From a virus: a stretch of 64,000 nt of DNA. The notes beneath the pieces were generated by a model. That model was not told the DNA's origin. It ran no database searches and was given only the letters and a program-made list of their open reading frames with translations. The stretch lies in the IMG/VR virus record IMGVR_UViG_3300031521_000001. One strand, given 5' to 3'. How positions within the stretch are numbered: position 1 is the stretch's first letter; every line of letters begins with the position of its first letter. The position numbers and the translations under genes are program-made. This document shows positions 48,409 to 59,484 of this stretch, piece by piece.

Positions 48409-48914
48409 TAATCAACTTTAAAATATTTGAAGATTATTCTGATGATGAGATTAGAAAAATTGAAGCAACATCAGAATTAATGAAAATTGTTGATGAAAAA
48501 TCACGAGATACAAGAAGTATGGAGCCCGCAATAAAAATGATAAATTTATTGGATAAAGGAGCATATCCAAATATTAAATCTAAAAATGGACAGACTCCTT
48601 TGACTTATGCTGCTACTTTATGCTATCATGACTTAATTTATAAACTTATAGAAGTTGGTGCTAATTTAGAAGCTAAAAATGATAACGGTGATACTCCGTT
48701 GATGAGGTCAGCAATAAATAGTGACTTAGCATCAATGTTTGTATTATTATCTGCTGGATCGTCATTATATTGTAAAAATATACAAGGGCATAAACCTTTT
48801 GATTTTTTGACTGATTATGATATTAATAGAATAGCTATTAAATATCCAGAACAATATAAAGATTATTTGAAAAAAGAAGAATTTGATAATTCAGTTAAAA
48901 AATTTAATTTATAA
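48405..48914 (+). CDS. Ankyrin-repeat protein with terminal tags
   Basis: GQTPLTYA, LIEVGANLEAKNDNGDTPLMRSA. Confidence 0.85.
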   Translation: MIINFKIFEDYSDDEIRKIEATSELMKIVDEKSRDTRSMEPAIKMINLLDKGAYPNIKSKNGQTPLTYAATLCYHDLIYKLIEVGANLEAKNDNGDTPLMRSAINSDLASMFVLLSAGSSLYCKNIQGHKPFDFLTDYDINRIAIKYPEQYKDYLKKEEFDNSVKKFNL

Positions 48915-48915
48915 T

Positions 48916-49584
48916 ATGAAACATGTTAAAATGTATGAAGATAATGATTTTACTATTTTATTCGAAAATGAAAACGAATTAAAAAATCTATTGTTAAAGA
49001 ATAAGTTTTTTTCTGAAGGCGATGTGTTTTCTGGTATAATAGATGTTTCATATAAACATTTCACACCAAAAATTGGATATGATAATTTTTTAGAAATTAT
49101 AAAAACGAAATTTGGATTATTACCTTATTTTTGTATTCTTCTTGGTAGTTATAATGGACAAGTTTGTAATGGCGGACATATGCAATATTTTGATAATGGA
49201 TATGCCAGTTCAAAATCAAGAAAAAAATATGACGGATCTGATTATGATAATGTTAATTTACATGAAAAATTACTTAGATTATTTAAATTTTTGAAAATAG
49301 AACAATGTGTACCTAAAAAATTAGGAGAAAAAGTATATTCAATAATGAAAGATTTTGATTTTGATTGTGTTGCATTTGAATGTTACAATGGAGATGACGG
49401 ACAATATAATGAGAATGATAATGATAAACATGATTATTTAGAAGAATTGGACAACAGATGGTATGATGTAACTGAAGAATTTATTAATAAATTTAATGAA
49501 TATCTCAAAAAATTAACTTTAGATGGTGAAAAAATCGAAAATATGTTAGAATTATCATCCAATATTAATAAATACAATATATAA
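48916..49584 (+). CDS. DMP19/DUF4375-like protein with terminal tags
   Basis: YNGQVCNGGHMQYFDN. Confidence 0.6.
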   Translation: MKHVKMYEDNDFTILFENENELKNLLLKNKFFSEGDVFSGIIDVSYKHFTPKIGYDNFLEIIKTKFGLLPYFCILLGSYNGQVCNGGHMQYFDNGYASSKSRKKYDGSDYDNVNLHEKLLRLFKFLKIEQCVPKKLGEKVYSIMKDFDFDCVAFECYNGDDGQYNENDNDKHDYLEELDNRWYDVTEEFINKFNEYLKKLTLDGEKIENMLELSSNINKYNI

Positions 49585-49598
49585 AAAAGAGATGAATA

Positions 49599-49940
49599 TT
49601 ATTCATCTCTTTTTTTATCAGAATGTTCCTTAAACTTATCTAAATGTTTCAATTCTTTTTCTTTATTTATTTCTCTCTCATCTCTCTTTTGTTTAGCTTT
49701 AATATTAGAAAATTTGATGTTAGATTCATCTTCTAAACCTACCATACCTTTTAGTTTATCTAAAATTATGTGATTACTTTTTCTGAAAGTATACTCTAAT
49801 TTTTTTAGCAACAACTTAATATCATCTTCAGATAAATTTTCATTGTTTTTAATCTTATTGACTAACTCATTACCTGATTTTTTAAAAGAATATTCCAATT
49901 TTTTGAGTAATAATTCATACTCGTCACTTTGTAATTTCAT
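49599..49940 (-). CDS. Hypothetical protein with internal LLLKKLEY.F repeat
   Basis: 113 aa ORF. Confidence 0.55.
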   Translation of the reverse strand: MKLQSDEYELLLKKLEYSFKKSGNELVNKIKNNENLSEDDIKLLLKKLEYTFRKSNHIILDKLKGMVGLEDESNIKFSNIKAKQKRDEREINKEKELKHLDKFKEHSDKKRDE

Positions 49941-50056
49941 AATAATTTTTTATTTATATATTAATTTATAAAGATAATAATAATTTATATATTGGCAAAA
50001 TTAATGTAAACATATTATATTTTTTTATATATAATATTGGAAGGAGGCATGTTTAT

Positions 50057-51139
50057 ATGTATAATAATAAGAAATTTATAGAAAAAGCAATTTTAATACA
50101 TCATGATTTATATGATTACTCATTAATTAACTATAAGTCATCAACAGAAAAAATTAAAATCGTTTGTAAAAAACATGGTATTTTTGAACAATCACCTGTT
50201 AAACATTTAATTGGACATGGTTGTCCAATTTGTGGCGGTAGTAAAAAGAAAAATATAATTGATTTTATTGAGGAATCAAAAAAAACACATGATGATTTAT
50301 ATGATTACTCATTGAGTGAATATAAAAATGCTAAAACTCCAGTTAAAATAATATGTCATAAACATGGAGTTTTTGAACAAACACCTTATTCTCATATTGC
50401 TGGATCAAAATGTCCGAAATGCTATTTTGAGTCTAAATTAAAAACTACTACACAATTTATTGATGAATCAAATAAAATTCATAATTATTTGTATGATTAT
50501 TCAAATACTAATTACATAAAAAATAATATTCCTGTAGAAATAATATGTAAAATACATGGCTCATTTTTTCAACAACCATCAGTTCATTTAAATAATGGAA
50601 ATTGCCCAACGTGTGCAGATGAGAGTAAAAAATTAACAAGATGTCAATTCATGTTAAATTCTATTCGAATTCATGGTGATTTGTATGATTATTCAAAATC
50701 TGTATATATTAACAACTACACTAAAGTAGAAATAATATGTAAAAAACATGGATCTTTCTTTCAATGTCCAAATTTTCATATGTTAGGTCAAGGATGTCCT
50801 AGTTGTAAAAATAGTTTAATGGAAAATTATATTTCAAAAATATTAGATAATTTAAATATTAGATATGAAAGACAAAAAACATTTGAACTGTGTAAGAATA
50901 TAAATAAATTACCTTTTGATTTTTACTTACCAGATCATAATATTTGTATAGAATATAATGGTAAACAACACTATGAACCAATTGATTATTTTGGTGGTTC
51001 TGAAACATTAAAATATATTCAAAATAATGATAGTATAAAGAAAAAATTTTGTGATAGTAATAATATTAAATATTTTGAAATATCATATAATGAAAAAAAT
51101 ATAGATGATTTAATAAAAAAAGAATTGAATATAAAATAA
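50057..51139 (+). CDS. Homing endonuclease with DUF723-like repeats
   Basis: Four Zn repeats; LPFDFY, IEYNGKQH. Confidence 0.85.
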   Translation: MYNNKKFIEKAILIHHDLYDYSLINYKSSTEKIKIVCKKHGIFEQSPVKHLIGHGCPICGGSKKKNIIDFIEESKKTHDDLYDYSLSEYKNAKTPVKIICHKHGVFEQTPYSHIAGSKCPKCYFESKLKTTTQFIDESNKIHNYLYDYSNTNYIKNNIPVEIICKIHGSFFQQPSVHLNNGNCPTCADESKKLTRCQFMLNSIRIHGDLYDYSKSVYINNYTKVEIICKKHGSFFQCPNFHMLGQGCPSCKNSLMENYISKILDNLNIRYERQKTFELCKNINKLPFDFYLPDHNICIEYNGKQHYEPIDYFGGSETLKYIQNNDSIKKKFCDSNNIKYFEISYNEKNIDDLIKKELNIK

Positions 51140-51144
51140 TAAAT

Positions 51145-52755
51145 ATGATAAAAGAAGAAACTGTTGATGTTCATATGTCTTATAGAAATATAACTCGTTA
51201 TAAAGAATTAGGATATCAGACAAAATTACACGAAACTATTCAAGTTAAAGTTATAGATTTAGCACCTGTATCTCATCAAAAAATAACTGCTATTTGTGAT
51301 AATTGTGGAGCAGAAAAAGTAATAGCATATCATAAATATTTAGAGAATGAAAAAAGATGTGGATATTATGGCTGTAAAAGATGCTCAAATAATAAAAGAG
51401 AAATAACAAGTTTAGAAAGATTCGGAGTTACTAATTATGCTAAAACAGATGAATGTAAAGAAAAAACATCTAAAAATAATATGATAAAATATGGTGTCAA
51501 AACTACTCTTTTAGAAAAAAATACAATGAAAAAAATAAAAGATACTGTGTTTGAAAGATATGGAGTAGATGAGATATTGTCGTCTAAAGATGTTATTGAG
51601 AAAGGTAAAAAAACTAATATTGAGAAATATGGATTTGATCATTATGCTAAATCATTATTTTTTTATGATAATACATATAAAAGATGGAAATCTGATGTTA
51701 TTTATAAATTAAATAGATATAATATTACTGATTATATTTTGAAAGATGATAGAACAATAGATATTAAGTGTGATTGCGGATTAGATCATTACTTTAATAC
51801 TACATCAAAAATATTATATCAACGAAAAGAAATACAACACAATATATTATGTACAGTATGTAATTCTGTTATAAGTCAAAAACAATCAGGTAAAGAAATA
51901 CAAATATTAAATTTCATAAAAGAAAATTATAATGGAGTAATATTAGAGAATGATAAAACAATAGTTTCAGAGTTAGATATTTATTTACCTGAATTAAAAT
52001 TAGCTATTGAATTTAATGGATTATATTGGCATAGTGATATTTATAAAGAACATAATTATCACTTAAATAAGACGGAAAATTGTGAAAAAAAAGGAATACA
52101 ACTAATTCATATTTGGGAAGATGAGTGGATTTATAAACAAGATATAGTTAAATCTATGATATTAAATAAATTAGGAAAAACATATAATAAAATTTATGCT
52201 AGAAAAACAGAAATTAAAGAAATATTTGATACCAAATTAATTAGAGAATTTCTTGATAATAATCACATTCAAGGATTTGTTGGATCAAAAGTTAAAATTG
52301 GACTTTTTTATGAAAATGAATTGATGAGTTTAATGACATTAGGTAATCGTAGAGTTTCAATGGGTAAAAAAACAACAACTGAAGGAGAATATGAACTGTT
52401 ACGGTTCTGTAATAAATTAAATACAAATATTATAGGTGGAGCTAGTAAATTATTTAATTATTTTATTAAAAATTATAATATAAATGAAATAATCTCATAT
52501 GCTGATAGAAGTCATAGTAAAGGTAAATTGTATGAAACATTAGGATTTGAATATTTAGGGAAAACTGTTCCTAATTATAGTTATTATGATTCAAAATGTA
52601 ATAAATATAATAGGTTTAATTTTAGAAAGGATGTTTTGATTGAAAAAGGTTATGATAAAAATAAAACATAACATGAGATTATGATAGAACTTAATTATAT
52701 GTGTGTTTATAATTCTGGAAATTTAAAATATTTATATAAACCAATTAAAAAATAA
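51145..52755 (+). pseudogene. Vsr-like homing endonuclease family gene with in-frame TAA at 52669
   Basis: ELDIYLPELKLAIEFNGLYWH; after TAA the frame continues HEIM...VYNSGNLKY as in paralogs. Confidence 0.75.
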
Positions 52756-52783
52756 ACCATACAATAAGAAACTAATAATTTAT

Positions 52784-54145
52784 ATGACAGCGCAGGAAAA
52801 AAGAGATAAAATTACAGATTTAAAAAAGAAAATAGATCAAACAAAAGCAGATTATGATAGAGCGAAAGCAATGCAATTAGCTCTGAAATTGGTAATTAAT
52901 GGAACATATGGTGCGTTCGCACATCCAAAATTTGTATTATCAAATTCACATATTGCAAATGCAATAACTGCTCAAGGACGTGATGTTATAAATTATATGC
53001 TAAAAAAAATAGAGACTTATTTCTATAAAGAATGGCATTTAGATGTTAAAACTCATCAACTTCTTGGACTTGAATATATTGCTGAAAAAGAAGGTAGTTT
53101 TTATCTATTAGATAGAAATGGTGAAAATATTCATTATAAATATGAATCTGTTGATGAATTATTAGAAAAATTGAATTATTATCGTAGTAATTTAATTGAA
53201 GATAAAAAAGAATTGAATGGCTATAATATTTTGTATAGTAGATTTATTCATGATTTTTCTAATGTGACACCAATACCAAAAGATGTTCCAATTACAATTT
53301 ATGGAGATACAGATTCATTGTATATTTCTTTCGCTCCTATGGTTAAATCATCTGGTTATAATGGAGATGAATTAGATTTCATTCTTCATATGGATAGAGT
53401 TTTTATTGAGAAGTTATATAATGGTTGGTTAGAAGAATATGCAGAAAAATATGGTGTTAAGAATATTCACAACTTTGAATTAGAAACAATTAATAGATCA
53501 GCATTACATATACAAAAGAAACATTATATAAATAACGTTGCTTGGGAAGATGGATTATTTTATGAAAGTATGAGTTATTTTTATCCAAAAGGAGTTGAAA
53601 TTGTTAAATCATCTACTCCTCCATTTGTCAGAGAAAATATTTATGAGTTTTTGAGATATATTTTCTCGAATCCTAATAATTTGAACATTAGAAAAATATT
53701 ACTAATTGTGAAAGATTTGAAAAAACAATTTATGATGGCTAATATTGAGGATATTAGTATGACATCAAGTTGTACAAATTATCCAATTAAAGTTATTGAT
53801 GATGTGACAGATGTTCTTTGTGTCAAAGGTGCTCACTTTGCAGTCAAAGCTGCAGCTTTACACAATTACTTATTAAATAAGAACTCTGAGTATAAAACAA
53901 AGTATGATAATATTAGAGGTGGACGTGTAAAATATTTTTATTGTAATCATACTAAGAATGGCGTGTTCGCTTATCAAAGAGGACTGTATCCATATGAAAT
54001 TTGTGAAAAAGAAGGAGTTAAAATAGATTATGATGAACAATTCGATGTGACAATGCTTCATATTGTGAATAGATTCCTTGAACCTATTGGATTACCTACA
54101 ATAAATAAAAGATTATCTGTTTTAAATTCAATATTTCAATTTTAG
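52784..54145 (+). CDS. Family B DNA polymerase, C-terminal subunit only
   Basis: Motif B KLVINGTYG, motif C YGDTDS, KKHY, KGVE; no exonuclease or motif A. Confidence 0.88.
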   Translation: MTAQEKRDKITDLKKKIDQTKADYDRAKAMQLALKLVINGTYGAFAHPKFVLSNSHIANAITAQGRDVINYMLKKIETYFYKEWHLDVKTHQLLGLEYIAEKEGSFYLLDRNGENIHYKYESVDELLEKLNYYRSNLIEDKKELNGYNILYSRFIHDFSNVTPIPKDVPITIYGDTDSLYISFAPMVKSSGYNGDELDFILHMDRVFIEKLYNGWLEEYAEKYGVKNIHNFELETINRSALHIQKKHYINNVAWEDGLFYESMSYFYPKGVEIVKSSTPPFVRENIYEFLRYIFSNPNNLNIRKILLIVKDLKKQFMMANIEDISMTSSCTNYPIKVIDDVTDVLCVKGAHFAVKAAALHNYLLNKNSEYKTKYDNIRGGRVKYFYCNHTKNGVFAYQRGLYPYEICEKEGVKIDYDEQFDVTMLHIVNRFLEPIGLPTINKRLSVLNSIFQF

Positions 54146-54151
54146 TATATT

Positions 54152-54250
54152 AATAAGACTGAATCTGAAATAATGTCAGAAAGAAAAATATTCAGAATAT
54201 ATGATTCTGGAAGTTTAAAAATAAAATTAACAAATGTTAAAACTAAGTAA
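54152..54250 (+). pseudogene. C-terminal remnant of Vsr-like endonuclease family
   Basis: NKTESEIMSERKIFRIYDSGSLK without start codon. Confidence 0.6.
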
Positions 54251-55217
54251 AGAAATATTAACAGATAATTCACTTTATAGAATTGAACCAACTAAATCAG
54301 ATAGTTGGATTCAAACATATTTAAATCCAACAAATTTTGATAATTTAAATACCAAAGAAAATTTAGAAGAATTTCGAAATTATGTAATTGATAATTGTAA
54401 ATATAAATTGATTGAAAACTATAGTATCAATGAATATAAATCTGATTTTTTTATACCAGAATTGAATTTAGCTCTGAAATTTATAAATCTATTTAGTTAT
54501 TGTGAGTTAAATGTAGATAAAAAATATCAATTAAATTCATATTTAGAATATGAAAAATCTGGTATTCATCTGATACAGATATTTGAAGATTTATGGGAAA
54601 TTAGAAAAACTAATATTAAATCTAGGTTAAAGAATATGTTTGGATTGTCTGAAATAATTTATGCAAGAAAATGTAAAGTTGTTATTTTCGATAAAAAAGA
54701 TAACTCTTTTGTTAGTAATTTTATAAGTGAAAATCATCTACAAGGTAATGTAGGATCATTTATTAAATTGGGTTTGAAATTTGATGATGAGATTGTTTCA
54801 GTTATGACTTTTGGTAAATTAAGAAAGAATATGGGACAACATGGTGGATCAGATGATTATGAATTGTTGAGATTTTGTAATAAAATGAATAGTTCTGTTA
54901 TAGGAGGAGCATCAAAATTGTTTAAATTTTTTGTTAATATGTATAATCCTTCTACATTAACATCATATGCAGATATGATGTGGAGTAGTTCAGAAAACAT
55001 ATATAAAAAATTAGGATTAGTATTTGAACACAAAAGTGATCCTTCATATTTTTATATTGTTGATAACATAAGGAAAAATAGATTTGGATATCGTAAAGAT
55101 GTTTTATTGTCTTGTGGATATAACGGTGAATATTGGGGAGAGCATGATATTTGTTTTGTAAATAAATTATATAGAATTTACGATGTTGGAACTGAGAAGT
55201 TTACATGGACTAAATGA
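54234..55217 (+). CDS. Endonuclease-family paralog with degenerate nuclease motif
   Basis: IYARKC, NHLQG, YELLRFC, GGASKL, IYDVG retained; EFNGLYWH replaced by KFINLFSY. Confidence 0.7.
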   Translation: MLKLSKEILTDNSLYRIEPTKSDSWIQTYLNPTNFDNLNTKENLEEFRNYVIDNCKYKLIENYSINEYKSDFFIPELNLALKFINLFSYCELNVDKKYQLNSYLEYEKSGIHLIQIFEDLWEIRKTNIKSRLKNMFGLSEIIYARKCKVVIFDKKDNSFVSNFISENHLQGNVGSFIKLGLKFDDEIVSVMTFGKLRKNMGQHGGSDDYELLRFCNKMNSSVIGGASKLFKFFVNMYNPSTLTSYADMMWSSSENIYKKLGLVFEHKSDPSYFYIVDNIRKNRFGYRKDVLLSCGYNGEYWGEHDICFVNKLYRIYDVGTEKFTWTK

Positions 55218-55237
55218 GTGAACTAATTCACTCATTT

Positions 55238-55440
55238 TTTATTCTATGCTTTTGTAGTATTTTATTCTAATTAAATGAATATTGTTATTTTTACAATATT
55301 CATTTTTAATATTATCATTAAATTGTGTACTTTTTTAATTTTATTGTGTATTTATATAATTCACATGTGAATATTCTTATTTATTATCATGAATCAATAT
55401 AGCTTTTTTATAAATTCTTATTTGTTGTTTTTATATTCAT
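55238..55440 (-). pseudogene. Internally deleted DUF723-type endonuclease remnant
   Basis: EFIKKAILIHDNK...VNYINT joined to NDNIKNEYCKNNNIHLIRIKY. Confidence 0.55.
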
Positions 55441-55531
55441 ATATTAAAATAAATCTAAATCTAAATCATAATATAAATAATAAACAAATTATTATTTCTG
55501 TACTAAGTATAATTACATAAAAAGAATAAAA

Positions 55532-56281
55532 TTGATGTTAGAATTTAATAAAATATATCAAATAGATGTATTAGAAGGATTACGAAAATTGGATGATAAT
55601 AGTATTGACTGTGGTGTATCATCACCACCGTATAATAAATTGGGTCTGATGAAAGGAAAAAAGCAAAAAGGTGGTGATTGGGATGGCTATATAACATATG
55701 ATAATTTTGAAGATAATATGCCTGAAGATGAATATCAGAAATGGCAAATAGAAATATTAAATGAAATTCAAAGAGTATTAAAACCTGGTGGATCATTTTT
55801 CTATAATCATAAAAATAGAAGATATGATAAAACTGAGTATTCTCCATATGAATGGGTAAGTAAATCAAATATAAATATTTATCAAACTATTATTTGGGAT
55901 AGAAAAGCTGATGTTAATAATTCTTTGTATTTTTTTCAACCAGTATATGAATTGGTATATTGGTTAACAAAAGATAATAAAAAAGCTCCAATTTTTAATA
56001 AAAGAGATTTGATTGAACAAAAAAGTATTTGGAGAATATCACCAAAAATGAATATTCCTCATCCTGCTCCTTTTCCTGATGAATTAGTTGAACATTGTAT
56101 AAATGCTACAACTAAAGAAGGCGACGTTGTGTTAGATCCATTTATGGGAGTAGGTACTACTGCTCTGGTTGCTAAAAGATTAGGTAGAAAATACATAGGA
56201 TTTGATATATCAGGAGAATATGTTAATATTGCTGAAACAAATGTTTATGAAGGCAAAATTAGAAAAAAAAATGAAATGTAA
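55532..56281 (+). CDS. DNA methyltransferase (beta class)
   Basis: SSPPY, HPAPFP, DPFMGVGTT. Confidence 0.9.
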   Translation: MMLEFNKIYQIDVLEGLRKLDDNSIDCGVSSPPYNKLGLMKGKKQKGGDWDGYITYDNFEDNMPEDEYQKWQIEILNEIQRVLKPGGSFFYNHKNRRYDKTEYSPYEWVSKSNINIYQTIIWDRKADVNNSLYFFQPVYELVYWLTKDNKKAPIFNKRDLIEQKSIWRISPKMNIPHPAPFPDELVEHCINATTKEGDVVLDPFMGVGTTALVAKRLGRKYIGFDISGEYVNIAETNVYEGKIRKKNEM

Positions 56282-56506
56282 ATGAAAGAAAAAGTCCAAG
56301 TTGAAAAAGAAAAAAAATATCTTGAAGTGATTTTCGAAAGTTCAGATGATTTTAATAAATATACAGGAAAAATTAAAACATCTGATCTTGGTGAAGAAGA
56401 TTATATATTAACTATTTATAAAAAAGGATCAGTAGTTAGAAAACTTCGTAGATTAGGAATAACCGAAAATTCATCAAGAAATATTAATTATAGAGAAATA
56501 ATTTAA
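56282..56506 (+). CDS. Hypothetical protein
   Basis: 74 aa ORF. Confidence 0.5.
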   Translation: MKEKVQVEKEKKYLEVIFESSDDFNKYTGKIKTSDLGEEDYILTIYKKGSVVRKLRRLGITENSSRNINYREII

Positions 56507-56791
56507 AAAATGTGCATAAAAACAACTCATATAGTAACAAGATAATTTGCTATTGGTGCAATTCTAAGAAAACAGAATGATATTTATAATATATCTGATG
56601 AAGAACTTTCTGATTTATTGAAATAGAGTATTCACAATGGTTTTTATAATTTTGTTATTGTTAGTAAATCTGAAATGGAAGATAATAGAAATAAAAAATA
56701 TCCAAGTCCATATTTAGATGATGTGTATAATTTACCAGAAAGTAATGATGCTTGGTAATAAAAAAGTGAATGATTAAATCATTCACTTTTT

Positions 56792-57322
56792 TTATTTAAA
56801 TAAACTTATTATTGCATTCATTCCATAGTCATTTAGATTTCTTGTTCCTATGCCTGCAAATTTTTCTGTTAATTTTGGAATACCTTCATAGATTTCAAAT
56901 GCGTTTGATTCATAATCAAAATAATGCCATTGGTTCACATTTTGCTCAAATAAATATATTGGCTTATGATTATCTATTGCACAAGAAACAGCGTATCCTG
57001 TACCCCCTCTAACATTAGTTTCATTTTCAAGAGTGCCAATTGCAAATATTGTATCAGAACTTTTTACTTGAAACCAATCTCTTGATATTAGATTTTTGAC
57101 ATACAATGAAGCATTCTTTATGTTTCTATTTAGTCTTTCATTAGCAATTTTGATGTGTTCATAGCCTTCTTTTAATTGGTTGGTTGAGAGTATGTATCTA
57201 TTGTCTGACTTTGTGCCGTGGTCGAAAAAAGAAAATGATACAACTTTAAATCCTTTCTTAATTGACTCTTGTTCGAAAATGTAATCTGAGCCTGATGCTC
57301 CTCCAGAATAACATGTTTTCAT
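56792..57322 (-). CDS. SLOG-superfamily-like protein
   Basis: SGGASGSD, RDWFQV, GGTGYAV, FAGIGTR. Confidence 0.6.
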   Translation of the reverse strand: MKTCYSGGASGSDYIFEQESIKKGFKVVSFSFFDHGTKSDNRYILSTNQLKEGYEHIKIANERLNRNIKNASLYVKNLISRDWFQVKSSDTIFAIGTLENETNVRGGTGYAVSCAIDNHKPIYLFEQNVNQWHYFDYESNAFEIYEGIPKLTEKFAGIGTRNLNDYGMNAIISLFK

Positions 57323-57332
57323 ATTTGTTGAT

Positions 57333-57593
57333 TTATATATTATTTGTAATTATTAGCTCATGTTTAAAAATAATCCTATCACCGTTATAATTATGAATAT
57401 TATAATCCTTGTATAATTTTCTTATAAATGGCTTATCTTCATAAGATATAATAACGTTACCTTTGAGTTTATCTATTTCATTTTTCAATTCAATATGAAA
57501 ATCATCAGTATAGTTTTCACAATTATCATACAAATATTCCTTTTTGTAATATGGCGGATCTAAATACCAAACAACATTATCAGTATTGTACAT
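57333..57593 (-). pseudogene. C-terminal fragment of Dam-type (D12) adenine methyltransferase
   Basis: YLDPPY, IISY, ELIITN; SAM-binding N-terminus missing. Confidence 0.65.
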
Positions 57594-57731
57594 ATTGAAA
57601 ATGTCTTTGTAGTTTTAAGTTCTTCATTAAATCTTTTAATTTCCATGATATTATTATTTTTTATAAAACTATATATTAAATTTTTGATGAATTTTTTTTT
57701 TATATATACTTGAAAATATAATATAATATTA

Positions 57732-59147
57732 ATGAAAATTTACTCTAATGAATATATTACAGATTTTAATAAATTAAAAAATTCTGTTATAGGGTTTGAA
57801 TTTGAATTTTATACAGATAAATCATATTTTAAATTAATAGAATTATTAAATAATACTCTTGCGCCTATTCAGGTTCATGGATATAGAAAATATCACTCTA
57901 CTTTTACTCCAGATGAAAATAATTTTAAAATTGAACCAGATTTATCTGGTGGCGCTGATCTTGTTGAATTGATAACAGGACCAATACCTTATGTAAATTC
58001 AAAAATAATTTTATTGAAAATTCTTAAAGTATTAGATAAATATGCAAGAACAGATGAAAAATGTTCAATTCACATCAATATTTCTTTTGAAGATATTGGA
58101 AATGGTAAAGTATTAGATAATTTAAATAAGTTAAAATTGATTTTATCTGTAGATGAAGAACGAATATACAACTTTTTTCCTGAAAGAAAAAATAATATCT
58201 ATGCAAAAAGTGTTAAAACATTAATTCCATTTAAAGGATTTGATTTTTCGACAAATGCAGTAGACATATTACAGAATAATGTTCAAATAGGAAATACTAA
58301 ATATTATGGCATAAATTTTTTACCAGCAGAAAACATCGAAACATCTGGACAAAGATTAGAGTGGAGATATATTGGTGGTGATAACTATAATCAGAAATCA
58401 TCAGAAATATTATCATTAATGGATTATTTTATTGCTATAACTTGGAATTGTTGTGATGCTAAATTGACTGATGATGATTTGAAAAAATTACAAAAATATT
58501 TATTTGAAAATATTAATATATTTAAGACATTTTCAAATTATAATGATTTTATTGCTGAATTTCCAACAATTGATATTCAAGTTGATAAACTAAATGATTA
58601 TAGTATAGTTAAAGCTTATTATGATACTATTTATACTAAGATATTTGATATAGTAAGAAATGTTTACAACCTTAAAGATTGTATTATAAATTTGGACACT
58701 GAAGTTAATAGAATTGAATTGGTTGATGCCACATTCAAAACAATATTTGATTTATATGATTTAGATTTTATAGAATGCTCTATGAATAGTGGTAGATACA
58801 CAAGCTGTAATTTTATTTCATCAGAATTAGTTAATGGCACCATACATGGTGGAGAAATATCAGATACTGATGTATTGAACTCTAAAATAGAAAGTGCTAC
58901 AATTGATTTAGATTCAGAAGTAAGTGATTGTTATTTATATCAATGTATGATTAATTGTAGAGTAAAAGGTAATTCTGTTATAAGAATGTGTAAACTTGGA
59001 CCAAATGCAATAATAGATGACTCTGTTAAAATTGCAACTGATACTAATAACTATTTTCATACCATTCCGACTGAAGAAGATGTTAAAAAGGGTCCAGATA
59101 ATTTGAAAGATATGAAGATACCTTTCACAAAAGGTAAAAAATGGTGA
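57732..59147 (+). CDS. Putative amidoligase (COOH-NH2 ligase fold) with C-terminal beta-helix
   Basis: GFEFEF, ELITGP, CSIHINIS, KYYGINF, LEWR. Confidence 0.65.
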   Translation: MKIYSNEYITDFNKLKNSVIGFEFEFYTDKSYFKLIELLNNTLAPIQVHGYRKYHSTFTPDENNFKIEPDLSGGADLVELITGPIPYVNSKIILLKILKVLDKYARTDEKCSIHINISFEDIGNGKVLDNLNKLKLILSVDEERIYNFFPERKNNIYAKSVKTLIPFKGFDFSTNAVDILQNNVQIGNTKYYGINFLPAENIETSGQRLEWRYIGGDNYNQKSSEILSLMDYFIAITWNCCDAKLTDDDLKKLQKYLFENINIFKTFSNYNDFIAEFPTIDIQVDKLNDYSIVKAYYDTIYTKIFDIVRNVYNLKDCIINLDTEVNRIELVDATFKTIFDLYDLDFIECSMNSGRYTSCNFISSELVNGTIHGGEISDTDVLNSKIESATIDLDSEVSDCYLYQCMINCRVKGNSVIRMCKLGPNAIIDDSVKIATDTNNYFHTIPTEEDVKKGPDNLKDMKIPFTKGKKW

Positions 59148-59148
59148 T

Positions 59149-59484
59149 ATGATAATACATAAATTTAATGAAAATAATAACGAAGATTATGATGATTTTG
59201 TGAATAAAGTGAAAACTTTATTTTTAGAATTGTGGGATGATAAAATAGGAATTTCAAATTTTAAAATTGATACAAATGTTCAATATAATGTAAGTTTTAA
59301 AATTGGCTATAATTCAGTTACAAATAAAAATTTTACAGAATATAATGAATTGTTTAAAATATTAAACAATTCTGGTCCAGAATTTCAATTCATTTCTGGT
59401 ACTATGTATGCAAAGATAACTAATTTTAGTAAACTAATTGAAGATATGAAACTATTATTAAATTCAAAAAAATTTAATTTATAA
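59149..59484 (+). CDS. FNE.../KKFNL tag family protein
   Basis: MIIHKFNE...SKKFNL; paralog of next. Confidence 0.6.
   Translation: MIIHKFNENNNEDYDDFVNKVKTLFLELWDDKIGISNFKIDTNVQYNVSFKIGYNSVTNKNFTEYNELFKILNNSGPEFQFISGTMYAKITNFSKLIEDMKLLLNSKKFNL

Noticed and set aside
2292-55868. Numerous short antisense ORFs in the track (e.g. 2292, 3408, 11395, 15373, 28818, 44616, 55545)
   Set aside because: Shadow frames of longer, motif-bearing genes on the opposite strand
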